Positions 40,234 through 51,106 of a stretch of 64,000 bases of DNA are shown piece after piece. How positions within the stretch are numbered: the stretch's first letter is position 1; each line of letters starts with the position of its first letter. The DNA is from Planctomycetota bacterium (GTDB lineage Bacteria; Planctomycetota; UBA8108; SXIK01): positions 5,152,001 through 5,216,000 of the forward strand of contig CBDCXR010000004.1 of the NCBI GenBank assembly GCA_965223845.1, read 5' to 3'. The notes below the pieces were generated by a model. The model saw nothing but the letters and a program-made list of their open reading frames with translations. It was not told the origin of the DNA and did not search any database. A program made the translations under genes and the position numbers.

Positions 40234-40620
40234 ATGCATCGGCGGAAGATCCATCGAGCCGCAGTGCTTCTCGCCGTGACGGCGATCATGTTCGGTCCCT
40301 TCTTCCTCCGATCCTGCAACCCTGGTGGTCTCTCGGAATCACTCTGGGTGCTCGCGTTCGGAGAAGACACGGAGTACGCGCCGGGATACTCCAACTACAA
40401 TTTCTCCCGAGTGCGAGTCGGCATGTCCGGTGCCGAAGTAAAAGCACTGCTCGGGCCGCCTCTGTCGGTGCGAACTGATCCCTACGCGCTGCGCCACGGA
40501 GGCGATTTCGCGTGGGCGTACACTCGATCCCCGGGATACACCGACTACAGATTGAGATTGATCGTTTTCGATCTATACCGAGGAGTCCGAAGAAAAGAGG
40601 CCAGCTTTTGGGGTGACTAG
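40234..40620 (+). CDS. Small membrane-anchored SmpA/BamE-like domain protein
   Basis: N-terminal TM segment; FSRVRVGMSGAEVKALLGPP...WAY. Confidence 0.65.
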   Translation: MHRRKIHRAAVLLAVTAIMFGPFFLRSCNPGGLSESLWVLAFGEDTEYAPGYSNYNFSRVRVGMSGAEVKALLGPPLSVRTDPYALRHGGDFAWAYTRSPGYTDYRLRLIVFDLYRGVRRKEASFWGD

Positions 40621-40654
40621 CTCTTCCCGCGAGGAGCCGGCGCCGACCGAGAGA

Positions 40655-42436
40655 TCAGAAGATCTCGGGCTCCTTCTCCTCGTCGATGCGGAGCAGGTGG
40701 TCGAGCGAGAACGGCCCGGAGCCGCGCCACACGAGGAGGATCAGGGAGAAGAACACGAGCAGCGTGAACTGGAACCCCAGGTTCGATCCCCAAAGGCTTC
40801 CTTCCGCGCCCGTGACGCTCACGATCACGGCTCCCAGCATGACCACCGCGTTGACTCCCGCGGCAGCTCTCGTCACGAATCCGAGCGCGAGGCTCGCGCC
40901 CCCGATCACGTGAGCGAACACGACCGACCAGGCGATCATCTGCTGCCCGAGGCCGAGACCGTCGCTGAGCGAGGCCTCGAGCTCGGACATGTTCATGATG
41001 TAGTAGACGCCTTTGATCAGGAGCGCGATGCCGAGGTAGATCCGCAAGGCATCCATCGGACGGATGTGGCGGATTCCCGGGACGAGATCGCGGACCGGCT
41101 TGCGGTACCTGCGCTCGACTCGACGCCGCTCGATCGCTCGTTGGAACTCCTCGGAGGCGGCCTTCTCCTGGGCGGGGCTGAAGCGCACGAGAAACGCTGC
41201 GAACGCGCAGAAGGCGACACAGCACCCGAGGATAAGGAATGCGTCCCGATAGGATATGTTCTCGGCTCGGAGGAGGAAGCCGGCACAGACGGCGCCCATG
41301 TTTCCTCCGGCGCCCACGATTCCGGCGACCGCACCGAGCGCCTTCTTGTTGATGAACGGGACGACCGAGTAGGTCGCACCTTCGGACATCTGAACGAAGA
41401 GGCTGAAGACGATCATCGACGGGATCGCCAAGGCGATCACGGTCATCCGGGAGAAGAAAACGAGAGCGACGCCTTCGATGAGGAGAGCGATGAAGAGCCA
41501 CCGGACGCGGCCTCGGAGACCTCCGTTGCGGACGAACCGGTCGCTGATGTAGCCGCCGAGCGTGCGCGCGAAGATGTTCATGAGGCCGAAGAGTCCGGCG
41601 ACCAGCCCGGCGGTCTTGAGGCCGAGTCCGAAGTAGTCCCGGTAGTAGATCGCAGCGACATTGTTGATCGTGAGCTCGATCCCGAAACATGCCGCATAGA
41701 TGACGAAGAGCGCCCACACCCGATAGTCCTTCACCGCGGACCAGAAGGCGCCCTTCGACTTGGCGACGGTCGTCAGCTCACCTTTCTCGCGCAGCTCCTT
41801 AAAGTTCCCGTCCGGCAGATCGGTCGTGACGAACCAGTACGCGATTCCGGTGATGAGGCAGACCGCGCCGGCGACCACCATCGACGCGCGCCAGCTCGCG
41901 GCGTCCGAAAGGCCCATCGTGAGAAAGGCGGCCATGACGAGCGGCATCACCATCTGCGTGACGCCTCCTCCCAGGTTGCCCCAGCCGGCCGAGGTGGCAT
42001 TGGCCGTTCCCACGACGTTCGGAGCGAACATCACCGAAGTGTGATACTGGGTGATGACGAACGAAGCGCCGATGGTCCCGATTCCGAGACGGAACAAGAG
42101 GAACGTGGTGTAGTCCTGCGCGAGGCCGATCCCCATCACCGGCAGCGACCCGAGAACGAGAAGGATCGTGTAGCTCTTCCGCGGACCGATCCGGTCGCAG
42201 AGCCAGCCGATGAAGAGGCGCGCGAAGATCGTGATCGCGACGGAAGCGATGATCGTGTTTCCGATCTGCTGTTTCGTGAGCGACAGCTCCTCTCGCACGA
42301 CCGCCATCAAAGGGGCGATGCCGAACCACGCGAAGAAGCAGAGGAAGAAGGAGAACCACGTCATGTGGAACGCCCGCATCTGACGCGTCTTCAGCGTGAA
42401 GAGATCGATGCTCGTTGCCTTGTTCCGAACTTCCAC
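40655..42436 (-). CDS. NRT2/NarK-family nitrate transporter fused to a C-terminal DoxX-like domain
   Basis: GTG after GGAG. AFHMTWFSFFLCFFAWF, nitrate signature GTANATSAGWGNLGGG, GIVGAGGNMG, then LRIYLGIALLIKG...GFVTRAAA...GSGPFSLD. Confidence 0.9.
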   Translation of the reverse strand: MEVRNKATSIDLFTLKTRQMRAFHMTWFSFFLCFFAWFGIAPLMAVVREELSLTKQQIGNTIIASVAITIFARLFIGWLCDRIGPRKSYTILLVLGSLPVMGIGLAQDYTTFLLFRLGIGTIGASFVITQYHTSVMFAPNVVGTANATSAGWGNLGGGVTQMVMPLVMAAFLTMGLSDAASWRASMVVAGAVCLITGIAYWFVTTDLPDGNFKELREKGELTTVAKSKGAFWSAVKDYRVWALFVIYAACFGIELTINNVAAIYYRDYFGLGLKTAGLVAGLFGLMNIFARTLGGYISDRFVRNGGLRGRVRWLFIALLIEGVALVFFSRMTVIALAIPSMIVFSLFVQMSEGATYSVVPFINKKALGAVAGIVGAGGNMGAVCAGFLLRAENISYRDAFLILGCCVAFCAFAAFLVRFSPAQEKAASEEFQRAIERRRVERRYRKPVRDLVPGIRHIRPMDALRIYLGIALLIKGVYYIMNMSELEASLSDGLGLGQQMIAWSVVFAHVIGGASLALGFVTRAAAGVNAVVMLGAVIVSVTGAEGSLWGSNLGFQFTLLVFFSLILLVWRGSGPFSLDHLLRIDEEKEPEIF

Positions 42437-42495
42437 GGTTGGTTCTCCGGGCGGTAAACCGGTTCTCTGTGCACGCACTCCGTCATCCGCCGACA

Positions 42496-42511
42496 AGAAA
42501 ACTCCGTGCCA
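42496..42511 (-). promoter_or_regulatory. Sigma54-type -24/-12 promoter of the NRT2-DoxX gene
   Basis: TGGCACGGAGTTTTCT (non-canonical -12 element). Confidence 0.65.
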
Positions 42512-42667
42512 TCCGACAGACGGAGCTTCTCGCGAAACACAAGCCGCCGAACGATAGCGACTTACCGTGAAGTCCGGCCCGCATCTCGCACCGTGTTCAC
42601 GTGCGGGTGTGTGTACTTACGAAGGCTGTGACTCGACGCCCAAACGTACAACTACGTCTGACGCGGC

Positions 42668-42697
42668 GAGTTGCGTGCGCATACGGCCGTATGCGCA
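42668..42697. promoter_or_regulatory. Putative upstream activator site containing a perfect 22-bp palindrome
   Basis: TGCGCATACGGCCGTATGCGCA at 42676-42697; 42668-42694 is 24/27 identical to 60542-60568. Confidence 0.7.
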
Positions 42698-42788
42698 GCC
42701 GGATGCTAAGTGCGACACCCATGCAGCATTCGCCGGGCATTCGGCGACGAATACGCGCCGTCCTCGGATCCCCGCGTCGAGCCGTCTC

Positions 42789-43697
42789 TCAGACTTGGAG
42801 AAGACGGGCGAGATTCTCGGCGAAGATGAGTTGCTTGACCGAATCATCGACACCGAGCTGGTCGAGGGCCGCGTCCTGCGCCTCGAAGAGATCGCGTCGC
42901 CACCCGCGCGGAAACGTGGATGAGTCCGTGCCGAAGAGGATGCGCTCCGAACCGAACACTCCGAGCGCCCGCTCGAAAACATCGCGGAGCTGTGTCGGCG
43001 TCGGCTGGGCGGACATCCACGAGTTCGAGCTCGACGTGTCGACGTACACGTTGGGGCTCTGAGCACCGGCGAGGAGCGCCTCGCTCAGGAACCCGCCCCC
43101 GAAGTGGGGAAGGACGAACGTCACGCCCGGATGGCGCTCCGCCGCCGCCGACACGGCGAGCGGTGTCGCGCAGCGAATATCGTAGGTCGGACGGACGCCG
43201 AGAAGATCTCGAAGCTTGATCGCGAGAACGCCACAGTGGACGACGATCGGTGCGCGGCTCGCTTTCGCCTGCTCGTAGAGCGGATCGAGAGCTTCCGAGC
43301 TCGGATCGAAGTACCCAATCGCCGGGAAGAGAAGTACGCCGCGGCCGCCGCGGCGGAGCCCTTCGGCCGCGGCTTCGACGCCGCCGGGCTGCGACGGATC
43401 GCACGCGAGATACGGGATCAAGCGGTTCCCGCTCGACGCGCAGGCCTCGAGCACGGTGGGCCCTTCCGGGGGCACGCTCGCGAAGCTCACGGCACAGTTG
43501 ACGCTGTTCCCGTCGAGCTCGCGGATCCAACGTTTCGTGTGATCGGACGTGACCTGAGAAGGGAGCTCGATGCCGGTCTTTTCGACGATCTGAGCGAGTA
43601 GCTCACTCGCTTCACTCTCGGACTTCGATGCGGCCTGGCTCGCCAAGGTGCTAAAGAAGCCGTACGAGAAGAAATGGGTGTGAGCGTCGCAGATCAT
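42789..43697 (-). CDS. Amidohydrolase family protein (amidohydro_2-like)
   Basis: DAHTH, PIVVHCG, LPHFGGG, NVYVDTS and RILFGTDS. Confidence 0.88.
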   Translation of the reverse strand: MICDAHTHFFSYGFFSTLASQAASKSESEASELLAQIVEKTGIELPSQVTSDHTKRWIRELDGNSVNCAVSFASVPPEGPTVLEACASSGNRLIPYLACDPSQPGGVEAAAEGLRRGGRGVLLFPAIGYFDPSSEALDPLYEQAKASRAPIVVHCGVLAIKLRDLLGVRPTYDIRCATPLAVSAAAERHPGVTFVLPHFGGGFLSEALLAGAQSPNVYVDTSSSNSWMSAQPTPTQLRDVFERALGVFGSERILFGTDSSTFPRGWRRDLFEAQDAALDQLGVDDSVKQLIFAENLARLLQV

Positions 43698-43721
43698 GAT
43701 CCACCGCCGAGTCCGATGTTT

Positions 43722-44924
43722 CTACTGGTGGTGTTCGAGGCTCTCCGTCAAGCGGGGATCCGTCGTCGGGATGATAGGTGCTCGACCGAGGTTTCGGAAG
43801 AACACCAAAGCAAAGAGCGACAGGACACCGAGCACCGGGAAGATCTCCCACACGCCGAGCGGTGGCCCTTCCCGGTGAAACGGAGGCTCGATCATCAGAT
43901 AGAGATCGAGCCAGCGCCCCACGATCAACAGCCCGCTGATCGTGAGCAGTGTGTTGGCGCTCCGCTTGGCGCTCCGAGGAAGAAGGACTAGGAACGGAAT
44001 CAACCAGTTGACGACCAGGTTGAGGACGAAGAGGACCCCCCACGTTCCCTTCTGTCGCGCGATGAAGTGAGACGTCTCCTCCGGGATGTTCGCATACCAG
44101 ATCAGCATGTACTGGCAGAACCAGATGTACGCCCAGAACGTGCTGAAGCTGATCAACAGCTTTCCTAAATCGTGGAGGTGATCCTCGCGAACCAATCCAC
44201 CGAGCGGGCCGAGTCGCGTCAGGATGATCACCGTGAAGGTGACCACGGCGAGACCACCGACGAAGAGCCCGGAAAAGTTGTAGAGGGCGAACGCCGTGCT
44301 GAACCAATGGGGCTCGAGCGACATGATCCAGTCGAAGCAGATCACGGAGAACGTAATCGCAAAGACGGCGAGAAAAATTCCCGAAGCTCCAACGGGGCGA
44401 TCGTGGGCATCGCTCGCTCCCGCCGACTCTTTTCGTCTCGGGGCCACGACGAGGAAGTAGGAGAAGACGAGCCAGCAGGCCGCACAGATCACGGTGCGGA
44501 CGATGAAGAAGAGCGGATCGAGCCAAGCGCTCTTGCCCTCGAGGATCGGGTCGGCGGCGACGACCTCGGCGTGACTCCATTCGTAGAGAATCGGGATCAG
44601 CGAGAGGACCGCGACCGAGAGAAGGACGGCCAAAGGCAGCGTCATCGCCATCGCTTCGGGCACCCGGCGGAGCACGACGCTCCACGAGGCCGAAGTGACG
44701 TTCTGAAACGCGACGAAGAGGAGGCCCGCCAATCCGAGCCCCAGGACGTAGAACACGCCGACGAGGATGTTCGCTCCCATCCTCTCCGGCGCGACGAAGA
44801 GACCGATGATCGCAGCGGCCACGCCGACGATCGCGAGAGTCGTCAGCGCGCGGCTCCAGACCTCGGGCAGCTTGGCGATAGGCGTCGAGCGCGAGACGCT
44901 TCGGTGTGCGGTTTCGGTGGTCAT
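43722..44924 (-). CDS. actF: Alternative complex III subunit F
   Basis: Polytopic membrane protein with DWIMSLEPHWFST, HLHDLGK and QYMLIWYANIPEE. Confidence 0.9.
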   Translation of the reverse strand: MTTETAHRSVSRSTPIAKLPEVWSRALTTLAIVGVAAAIIGLFVAPERMGANILVGVFYVLGLGLAGLLFVAFQNVTSASWSVVLRRVPEAMAMTLPLAVLLSVAVLSLIPILYEWSHAEVVAADPILEGKSAWLDPLFFIVRTVICAACWLVFSYFLVVAPRRKESAGASDAHDRPVGASGIFLAVFAITFSVICFDWIMSLEPHWFSTAFALYNFSGLFVGGLAVVTFTVIILTRLGPLGGLVREDHLHDLGKLLISFSTFWAYIWFCQYMLIWYANIPEETSHFIARQKGTWGVLFVLNLVVNWLIPFLVLLPRSAKRSANTLLTISGLLIVGRWLDLYLMIEPPFHREGPPLGVWEIFPVLGVLSLFALVFFRNLGRAPIIPTTDPRLTESLEHHQ

Positions 44925-45508
44925 CGTGAGGAGTCTTCCGGCGCCGCCTGTTGCAGCGAGCGCACGTACAAGATCACTTTCCAGCGATCACTTCGCTCGA
45001 CCTGCGAGGCGTAAGAAGCCATGTTGCCCTGCCCGAGAGTCAGAACGTGGTACATCTGCCCGTCCTTCATCTCGCGTGCTCTCTCGGCGAGCAGCGAGGG
45101 CGGCGGGGGAACGCCGCGCTTCGTCATCGGGCCCTGCCCGCTTCCATTGGCCGCGTGACACATCTCGCAGAACGTCCGGTAGACGAAAGCTCCCCGCTCG
45201 ACCGCTCGGGCGTCTTCTGCGCTCTCGGGATTCCGCAGCTCCTCGCCTGCCCGGAGGGCTTCTTCCGGCGTCGGCGAGTAACGGAATGCCGGATACCCCA
45301 CGGCAGCCGACCCCGGCGGCGGAAGCAGGCCGCTCCCATCTCCCGTGACCGGAGTCGATCCCTGCGAGTCGTAGGGAACGGAATCGTGCATGTCCGCGAG
45401 GATCTGAAAACTGCGCTGGCTGCGGTCGGGGATCACGGCGAAGTGGAGAAGAACGACCAGCACGATCGCCGCGACGAGTAGCTTGCCTCCGAGTCCAAGA
45501 CTGCTCAC
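44921..45508 (-). CDS. actE: Alternative complex III monoheme cytochrome c subunit E
   Basis: GTG overlapping the actD stop codon; DMHDS, CEMCH, G.GNM.SY and DRWKVILYVRSLQ. Confidence 0.85.
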   Translation of the reverse strand: MSSLGLGGKLLVAAIVLVVLLHFAVIPDRSQRSFQILADMHDSVPYDSQGSTPVTGDGSGLLPPPGSAAVGYPAFRYSPTPEEALRAGEELRNPESAEDARAVERGAFVYRTFCEMCHAANGSGQGPMTKRGVPPPPSLLAERAREMKDGQMYHVLTLGQGNMASYASQVERSDRWKVILYVRSLQQAAPEDSSR

Positions 45509-46044
45509 CGCGTCACCTCCTCGTAGCCAGTCACGACCTCGACGGCGCCGAACTCCTCGAGCAGTCGGTTCACCGTGTCCGGATTCTGCGACGCATCCGC
45601 CAAGCGAAGCACGATGGCGAAACGGTCGTCCGTCACCCGCGGATGCACGAGCTGCGCGCGCCTCCCCGGTAGGAGTCGGCGATGGAAGAGCAGGGCGAAG
45701 ATCACTCCGTAGCCGCCGCACAGGACGACCATCTCGAAAACGATCGGAATGACCGCCGGGAGCGAGTTGAACGGTTTGCCGCCGATATTCGTCGGCCAAT
45801 CGACGGCCAGCGTCCAGGTAGCAAGCCAGAGCATGCCTGCGCCCCCGAGGAGTCCACAGATGAAGCAGACCCACGGCAGCCAGGAGCGCCTGAGCCCCAT
45901 CGCTTCGTCGAGGCCGTGCACGGCGTAAGGCGAGTACACATCTACGATCTGAAGGCCGAGACGGCGCGACTCGCGAGTGACCCCGAGGATCGATTCTTCG
46001 TTGTCGAAGATTCCGGTCCATTGCCGGACGCCGAGCACGCTCAT
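45505..46044 (-). CDS. actD: Alternative complex III subunit D (DUF3341)
   Basis: [19 protein letters not shown] and IPIVFE. Confidence 0.9.
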   Translation of the reverse strand: MSVLGVRQWTGIFDNEESILGVTRESRRLGLQIVDVYSPYAVHGLDEAMGLRRSWLPWVCFICGLLGGAGMLWLATWTLAVDWPTNIGGKPFNSLPAVIPIVFEMVVLCGGYGVIFALLFHRRLLPGRRAQLVHPRVTDDRFAIVLRLADASQNPDTVNRLLEEFGAVEVVTGYEEVTR

Positions 46045-47405
46045 TCGTCACCTCCCTTCTCGGACTTGCCGACGTGGAGGACACCCTTGACCTCGGCGAT
46101 GGCGATCATCGGGAGGAAACGGCAAAAAAGGAGAAAGCACGTGAAAAAGAGCCCGAAGCTCCCGAGCAGCGTAGCGAGCTCGATGGACGTCGGAGCGTAG
46201 CTCGACCAACTCGACGGCAGAAAGTCTCGGTGGAGCGAAGTGACGATGATCACGAAGCGTTCGAACCACATGCCGAGGTTGACGAGGATCGTGATCGCGA
46301 ACACGAGGGCGATGTTCGCTCGCACCCGCTTGAACCAGAGAAGCTGCGGTACGATGACGTTGCAAGCCACCATGATCCAGTACGACCAACCCATCGGCCC
46401 CGCGGCGCGATTGAAGAAGGCGAACTGTTCGTACTCGTTCCCGGAATACCACGCGGTGAAGAACTCGGTGCCGTAGGCGAGTCCGACCATCAAGCCGGTG
46501 GCGAGCACGAGCTTGCACATGGCATCGATATGCCGAGTCGTGATGTACTGCTCGAAGCGCATGACCCGGCGCGCGATGATCATCAAGGTGAGAACCATCG
46601 ACATACCGCTGAAGATCGCTCCGGCTACGAAGTAGGGCGGAAGGATCGTGGTATGCCAGCCCGGTATGACCGAGGTGGCGAAGTCGAAGCTGACGATCGT
46701 GTGCACCGACAGAACGAGCGGCGTCGCGAGACCGGCCAAGAGGAGGTAGACGATCTCGTAGTGCGACCAAGTCCTCTGCGACCCGTTCCAGCCCAGGCTG
46801 AAGAACGCCAAGATGGCGCGGCGCACCTTGGACGTCGCGCGATCCCGCAGTGTTGCCAAGTCGGGAACGAGTCCTAGCAGCCAGAAGCCGAGCGAGATGA
46901 GGAAGTAGGTGCTGATCGCGAAAACATCCCAGAGGAGAGCCGAGCGAAAGTTCACCCACAGTGGCCCTCGAGTATTCGGGTAAGGGAGAACCCAGTAGGC
47001 TAGCCAAGGCCGACCCATGTGAATGAGAGGAAAGATGCCGGCGCACATCACGGCGAAGATCGTCATCGCTTCCGCCGAACGGTTCACGGCGGTGCGCCAG
47101 CGCTGACGGAAGAGGAAGAGGATCGCCGAGATCAGAGTGCCGGCGTGGCCGATACCGATCCAAAAGACGAAGTTGGTGATGTCGAAGGCCCAGCCGACGG
47201 TCCGGTTGAGGCCCCAGGTCCCGATGCCCAAAACCGTCTGATAGGTGACGGCTGCGATGCCGAGGATCATGACCGCGAACGAGACGAAGAACGCGATGTA
47301 CCATGCGCGCGTCGGTCTCCGCTCGAGCGGCGAGCATACGTCCCTCGTCACTTGCCCGAGGCTCTTGCCTCCGTCGACGAGCGGAGGAATGACCCGGCTA
47401 GCCAT
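46041..47405 (-). CDS. actC: Alternative complex III subunit C (NrfD/PsrC family)
   Basis: [34 protein letters not shown] and PLVLSVH. Confidence 0.93.
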   Translation of the reverse strand: MASRVIPPLVDGGKSLGQVTRDVCSPLERRPTRAWYIAFFVSFAVMILGIAAVTYQTVLGIGTWGLNRTVGWAFDITNFVFWIGIGHAGTLISAILFLFRQRWRTAVNRSAEAMTIFAVMCAGIFPLIHMGRPWLAYWVLPYPNTRGPLWVNFRSALLWDVFAISTYFLISLGFWLLGLVPDLATLRDRATSKVRRAILAFFSLGWNGSQRTWSHYEIVYLLLAGLATPLVLSVHTIVSFDFATSVIPGWHTTILPPYFVAGAIFSGMSMVLTLMIIARRVMRFEQYITTRHIDAMCKLVLATGLMVGLAYGTEFFTAWYSGNEYEQFAFFNRAAGPMGWSYWIMVACNVIVPQLLWFKRVRANIALVFAITILVNLGMWFERFVIIVTSLHRDFLPSSWSSYAPTSIELATLLGSFGLFFTCFLLFCRFLPMIAIAEVKGVLHVGKSEKGGDE

Positions 47406-50400
47406 GACGCGCCTCCCCTTCCTCGCGCCCGCCCTCGTGCCCACCTTCGTAATTGCGCACCTTTCTCAGATAGCCCACCGAGGGGAGGACGTTCAGCTCC
47501 TCGAGGACGTGGTAGTGGCGGGGATCGCCTCGCTGCCTCGCGATCGCGCTCTCACGGTCGTTGCGGTCGCCGAACACGATGGCCTGAGCGGGGCATGACT
47601 GGACGCAGGCGGGTTGAATTTCTCCGTCGCGCACCGAGCGGCCTTCGCGCTTCGCTTCGATCTTTGCCTCCTGGATGCGCTGAACGCAGAAACTGCACTT
47701 CTCCATGATCCCGCGCGAGCGCACCGTCACATCCGGGTTGAGAACCATGTTCTCGAGCTGGTCGTCGCGGGGGTAGTCGAACCAGTTGAAGCGGCGTGTC
47801 TTGTAGGGACAGTTGTTCGCGCAGTAACGCGTGCCGACGCAGCGGTTGTAGACCTGCTGATTGAGCCCCTCGTCGCTGTGGACCGTGGCCAGCACTGGGC
47901 ACACGTTCTCGCAGGGAGCGTTGTCGCAGTGTTGACACATCATCGGTTGGTGCGCGACCCGGACATCGTCCCCCTCTCCGCTGTAGTAGCGGTCGATGCG
48001 AATCCAGCTCATCTCGCGATTGCGCGCGACCTCGTCCTTGCCCACGACGGGGATGTTGTTCTCGGCTTGGCAGCCGATGACGCATCCGCTGCACCCGGTA
48101 CAACGCGAGAGGTCGACGGCCATCGCCCAGTGATGTCCGTCGTAGGAATGATCCTCGGGCCACATCGACTTCAGCTCGTGAGTGGGATGTCCACCGGCGT
48201 GCGGGTCCTTCTGATACTTCGCGAGCGTCGTCTCTTGGACAATGGGACGCGGATGCGCGTGACCCGCGGTGAGATGCTTCGGCACCTCGAGTGAGTGGTA
48301 CTCTTGCGTGCGAGCCAGCGTGCGAGTCTCGTTGGTCCTCGCAACCTCGACGACCGTTCCACCGTAGCGCAGCCCGCCGCCCGCAAAGGAGAGCAGCGGT
48401 GCCGCGTTCACGCCGACCGTCTCACCCGCCTCGACGGTGGGTCGGGCCTCGATCCACTGGGGGCCGACGTTCAGGAAGCGGTCGGTTCCCGTGCGGCCGT
48501 AGCCGAGCGCGACAGCGATCGTCGCAGCGTGTTGACCCGGCTGGACCAGAGCCGGGAGCTCGATCGTCACCGAGGCGCCGTCGGCCGACGATCGCGTCAG
48601 GCGCAGGACATCTCCGGTCTCGACGCCGAGATCTGCGGCGTACGCAGGTGCGATGGCGGCGTAGTTGTCCCAGGCGACCTTGCTGATCGGATCGGGCAGT
48701 TCCTGCAGCCACGCGTTATGCGCGTGGCTGCCATCGCGCAGCCCGATCTTCTCGTAGAGCAGCACTTCGACTCCGCTCGCGACACCGGTCGCAGGCGCAG
48801 CGATCGTCGGCTCTCGATACTCCGTCGGCGCCGTCGACGCAGGAGCGACCTCGACGAATCCGCGCTGGAGCGTGTCATCCCAAAGTCGGTCGAGCGACCG
48901 GTCCGAGTCCGGAAGCTCGGATCGCGGCAGTATGGCGCTTCGCCAGTGGTCTCGCAGTATGTCGAGGTGGCTTCGTGCCCCGCCGCTCCAAGCGGCCAGG
49001 CTTTCGACGACGGAACGCGTCTTTCCGAAGGGCCTCACCACGGGCTGCGTCACCGTGACGACGCCGGCCACAGGCTCTGAGTCGCCCCAACTTTCGAGGA
49101 AGTGGTGATCCGGACAGACGAAGTGTGCCTGCGCCGCGGTTTCATCCACGCGTTCCGCGAAACTGACGATCACGGAGGCCTTTCCGAGTGCGCTGCTCAG
49201 CTCGGTGCTCGTCGGGAGATCGTAGGCAGGGTTGACCCCGTGGACGAAGACGGTTCCGACCTTTCCTTCACGCAGCTCCGAGAGGAGATCGATCAGATCC
49301 CGATCGTTTCCGCGCCGCTGGAACGACGGGCGTTGAAGATCGATCGCCTCCGAGCCCGAGCCGACGTTCTTCAGAAGGTTGTTGGTCCACGCCGTGACGC
49401 GCTGCGCCTCGAGGTCGTTCGCACCGCAGACGATGAGAGTTCGTCCTCTCGGTGCGCTCCACAGGCGCGCGGCGAGCCGCTCGACGACGCCGGGGTCGAG
49501 AGGGCCGCCCGCAGGCTGCGCCCAGGGCGGAGTGGCGCCGGCCTCGGCGGCTACCGCCGCCGCGAGCTGCGCGATCGCCGCGTGAAGCTGGGAGGGACGC
49601 ACGGTCCAGCGGTCGTCGGCGTTGCTTCCGGTCACCGAAAGACCGGACTCGATCTGGGCGTGGTACGCCACGCGCGAGTTGGCGCCGTCGAGCTTGCGTC
49701 CCTCGAAGTACGAAGCGGTGAACTCGACCGGCGAGATCCAGGCGCCGAGAAAATCCGCCTCGAACCCCACGATCACCTCGGCGCGATCGAAGCGAAGGCG
49801 GGGAAGGACTCGGACCCCGTAGGCTTCCTCTTGGGCGTCGAGGAGCGCGGACGCGGATACCGGGTCGTACTCGACGAGCTTTCCATCGGGGAACGTCGAC
49901 AGGAACGCTTCGATGCTCGCGCGAAGCGTCGGGCTCGTGATGCTTCGCGACAGAAACCGCACCGCGCCTCCTCCTGCGCGAACGCGATCGAGCTCGGCGC
50001 GAAGCGCGGGATCGAGCTCCGCCCAGTCCTTCGCTGCGCCGCGGAGGAGCGGCCCCTTCAGGCGCTTCGAGTCGTAGAGCCCGAGCAGGCTCGCCTGTCC
50101 GACCGCGCACAGCCCGCCCTTCGACACCGGCTGCTCGAGACCCTCGAGCTTGATCGGTCGGCCGTCGCGGTTCTTCGTGAGGACGCCACAGCTCGCCGTG
50201 CAAGCCCCGCAGGTCGACGCGTACCACGTCGCTCTTCCCGGCGTGATCTCCTCCGGCTTGACGAGGTAGGGGATGAGCTTTTCCTCGCGCCCGCGGGTGC
50301 AACCGGTGAGGGCCGTTCCGCCGAGGGAGAATCCGGCGAGCTTCAGAAAGGATCGACGATCGACGCCTTCCCGCTCGCCGCTCTCCGGCTCGCGTCCTCC

Positions 50401-50427
50401 ACTATCGATCGATTCTCCGGGCCTCAT
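47398..50427 (-). CDS. actB: Alternative complex III subunit B (molybdopterin-oxidoreductase-like domain plus Fe-S domain)
   Basis: Tat motif [30 protein letters not shown]; Fe-S motifs [38 protein letters not shown] and MEKCSFC. Confidence 0.92.
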   Translation of the reverse strand: MRPGESIDSGGREPESGEREGVDRRSFLKLAGFSLGGTALTGCTRGREEKLIPYLVKPEEITPGRATWYASTCGACTASCGVLTKNRDGRPIKLEGLEQPVSKGGLCAVGQASLLGLYDSKRLKGPLLRGAAKDWAELDPALRAELDRVRAGGGAVRFLSRSITSPTLRASIEAFLSTFPDGKLVEYDPVSASALLDAQEEAYGVRVLPRLRFDRAEVIVGFEADFLGAWISPVEFTASYFEGRKLDGANSRVAYHAQIESGLSVTGSNADDRWTVRPSQLHAAIAQLAAAVAAEAGATPPWAQPAGGPLDPGVVERLAARLWSAPRGRTLIVCGANDLEAQRVTAWTNNLLKNVGSGSEAIDLQRPSFQRRGNDRDLIDLLSELREGKVGTVFVHGVNPAYDLPTSTELSSALGKASVIVSFAERVDETAAQAHFVCPDHHFLESWGDSEPVAGVVTVTQPVVRPFGKTRSVVESLAAWSGGARSHLDILRDHWRSAILPRSELPDSDRSLDRLWDDTLQRGFVEVAPASTAPTEYREPTIAAPATGVASGVEVLLYEKIGLRDGSHAHNAWLQELPDPISKVAWDNYAAIAPAYAADLGVETGDVLRLTRSSADGASVTIELPALVQPGQHAATIAVALGYGRTGTDRFLNVGPQWIEARPTVEAGETVGVNAAPLLSFAGGGLRYGGTVVEVARTNETRTLARTQEYHSLEVPKHLTAGHAHPRPIVQETTLAKYQKDPHAGGHPTHELKSMWPEDHSYDGHHWAMAVDLSRCTGCSGCVIGCQAENNIPVVGKDEVARNREMSWIRIDRYYSGEGDDVRVAHQPMMCQHCDNAPCENVCPVLATVHSDEGLNQQVYNRCVGTRYCANNCPYKTRRFNWFDYPRDDQLENMVLNPDVTVRSRGIMEKCSFCVQRIQEAKIEAKREGRSVRDGEIQPACVQSCPAQAIVFGDRNDRESAIARQRGDPRHYHVLEELNVLPSVGYLRKVRNYEGGHEGGREEGEARHG

Positions 50428-50442
50428 GGCTTTCTCTGCGTT

Positions 50443-51093
50443 TCAGTAGTGGCATGCCGAACAATCTGTCGAGGCGTCCACGTGTCCCTGCGCGGGGTCC
50501 TCGCTCTCGTGACGGTGGCAGTTCACACACCAGCCCATCGACAGAGTCTCCACTTGATGCATTCGCTCCATCGTCTCGACGGCACCGTGACAGCGGCGGC
50601 AGTCGATGCCGGCGGCGACATGGGGCCGGTGGTCGAAATAGACGTAGTCCGGAACGCGGTGCACCCGAACCCACTCGATCGGGCGCGTCGTCCGGGCGGG
50701 GTCCGGCTTCAGGTTCTCGTCGAGGCCGAATGCGTCGTACAGCTTTCGAAGCTCGGGAGAGACGACCAGACGCGCCTTGCGGCCCTCGGTCTCGGCGAGC
50801 TTCTCTTCCGCGCGGACATCGATCATCGGGGCCGTGACGAAGTTGTGGCAGTTCATGCACACGTCGGCTGACGGAATGCCGGCGTGCCGGCTCTTCTCGG
50901 CCCCCGAGTGGCAATAGAGGCAGGGGACGCCGAGCTCGCCCGCGTGGAGTCGGTGAGAGTAGGCGATCGGCTGCTCCGGTGAGTATCCCTGGTCGTTCCC
51001 CGGCAGGTGGACGGTGCCGAGAAGACTCACCAGCGAAATCGTGCTGTAGAGGAGTGCCAGAACCAGAAGAATGGTCAGTGTCCGACCGTGCAT
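50443..51093 (-). CDS. actA: Alternative complex III pentaheme cytochrome c subunit A
   Basis: N-terminal TM segment, QPIAYSH, and five CxxCH motifs (CLYCH, CMNCH, CRRCH, CVNCH, CSACH). Confidence 0.92.
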   Translation of the reverse strand: MHGRTLTILLVLALLYSTISLVSLLGTVHLPGNDQGYSPEQPIAYSHRLHAGELGVPCLYCHSGAEKSRHAGIPSADVCMNCHNFVTAPMIDVRAEEKLAETEGRKARLVVSPELRKLYDAFGLDENLKPDPARTTRPIEWVRVHRVPDYVYFDHRPHVAAGIDCRRCHGAVETMERMHQVETLSMGWCVNCHRHESEDPAQGHVDASTDCSACHY

Positions 51094-51106
51094 CGACGTC
51101 TTTCCT

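Noticed and set aside
44921-46084. 387-aa ORF-track version of ActE, and 5'-extended versions of narG, narI and the DUF6797-like gene
   Set aside because: The extensions overlap upstream genes; downstream starts with an RBS or stop-start coupling fit better.
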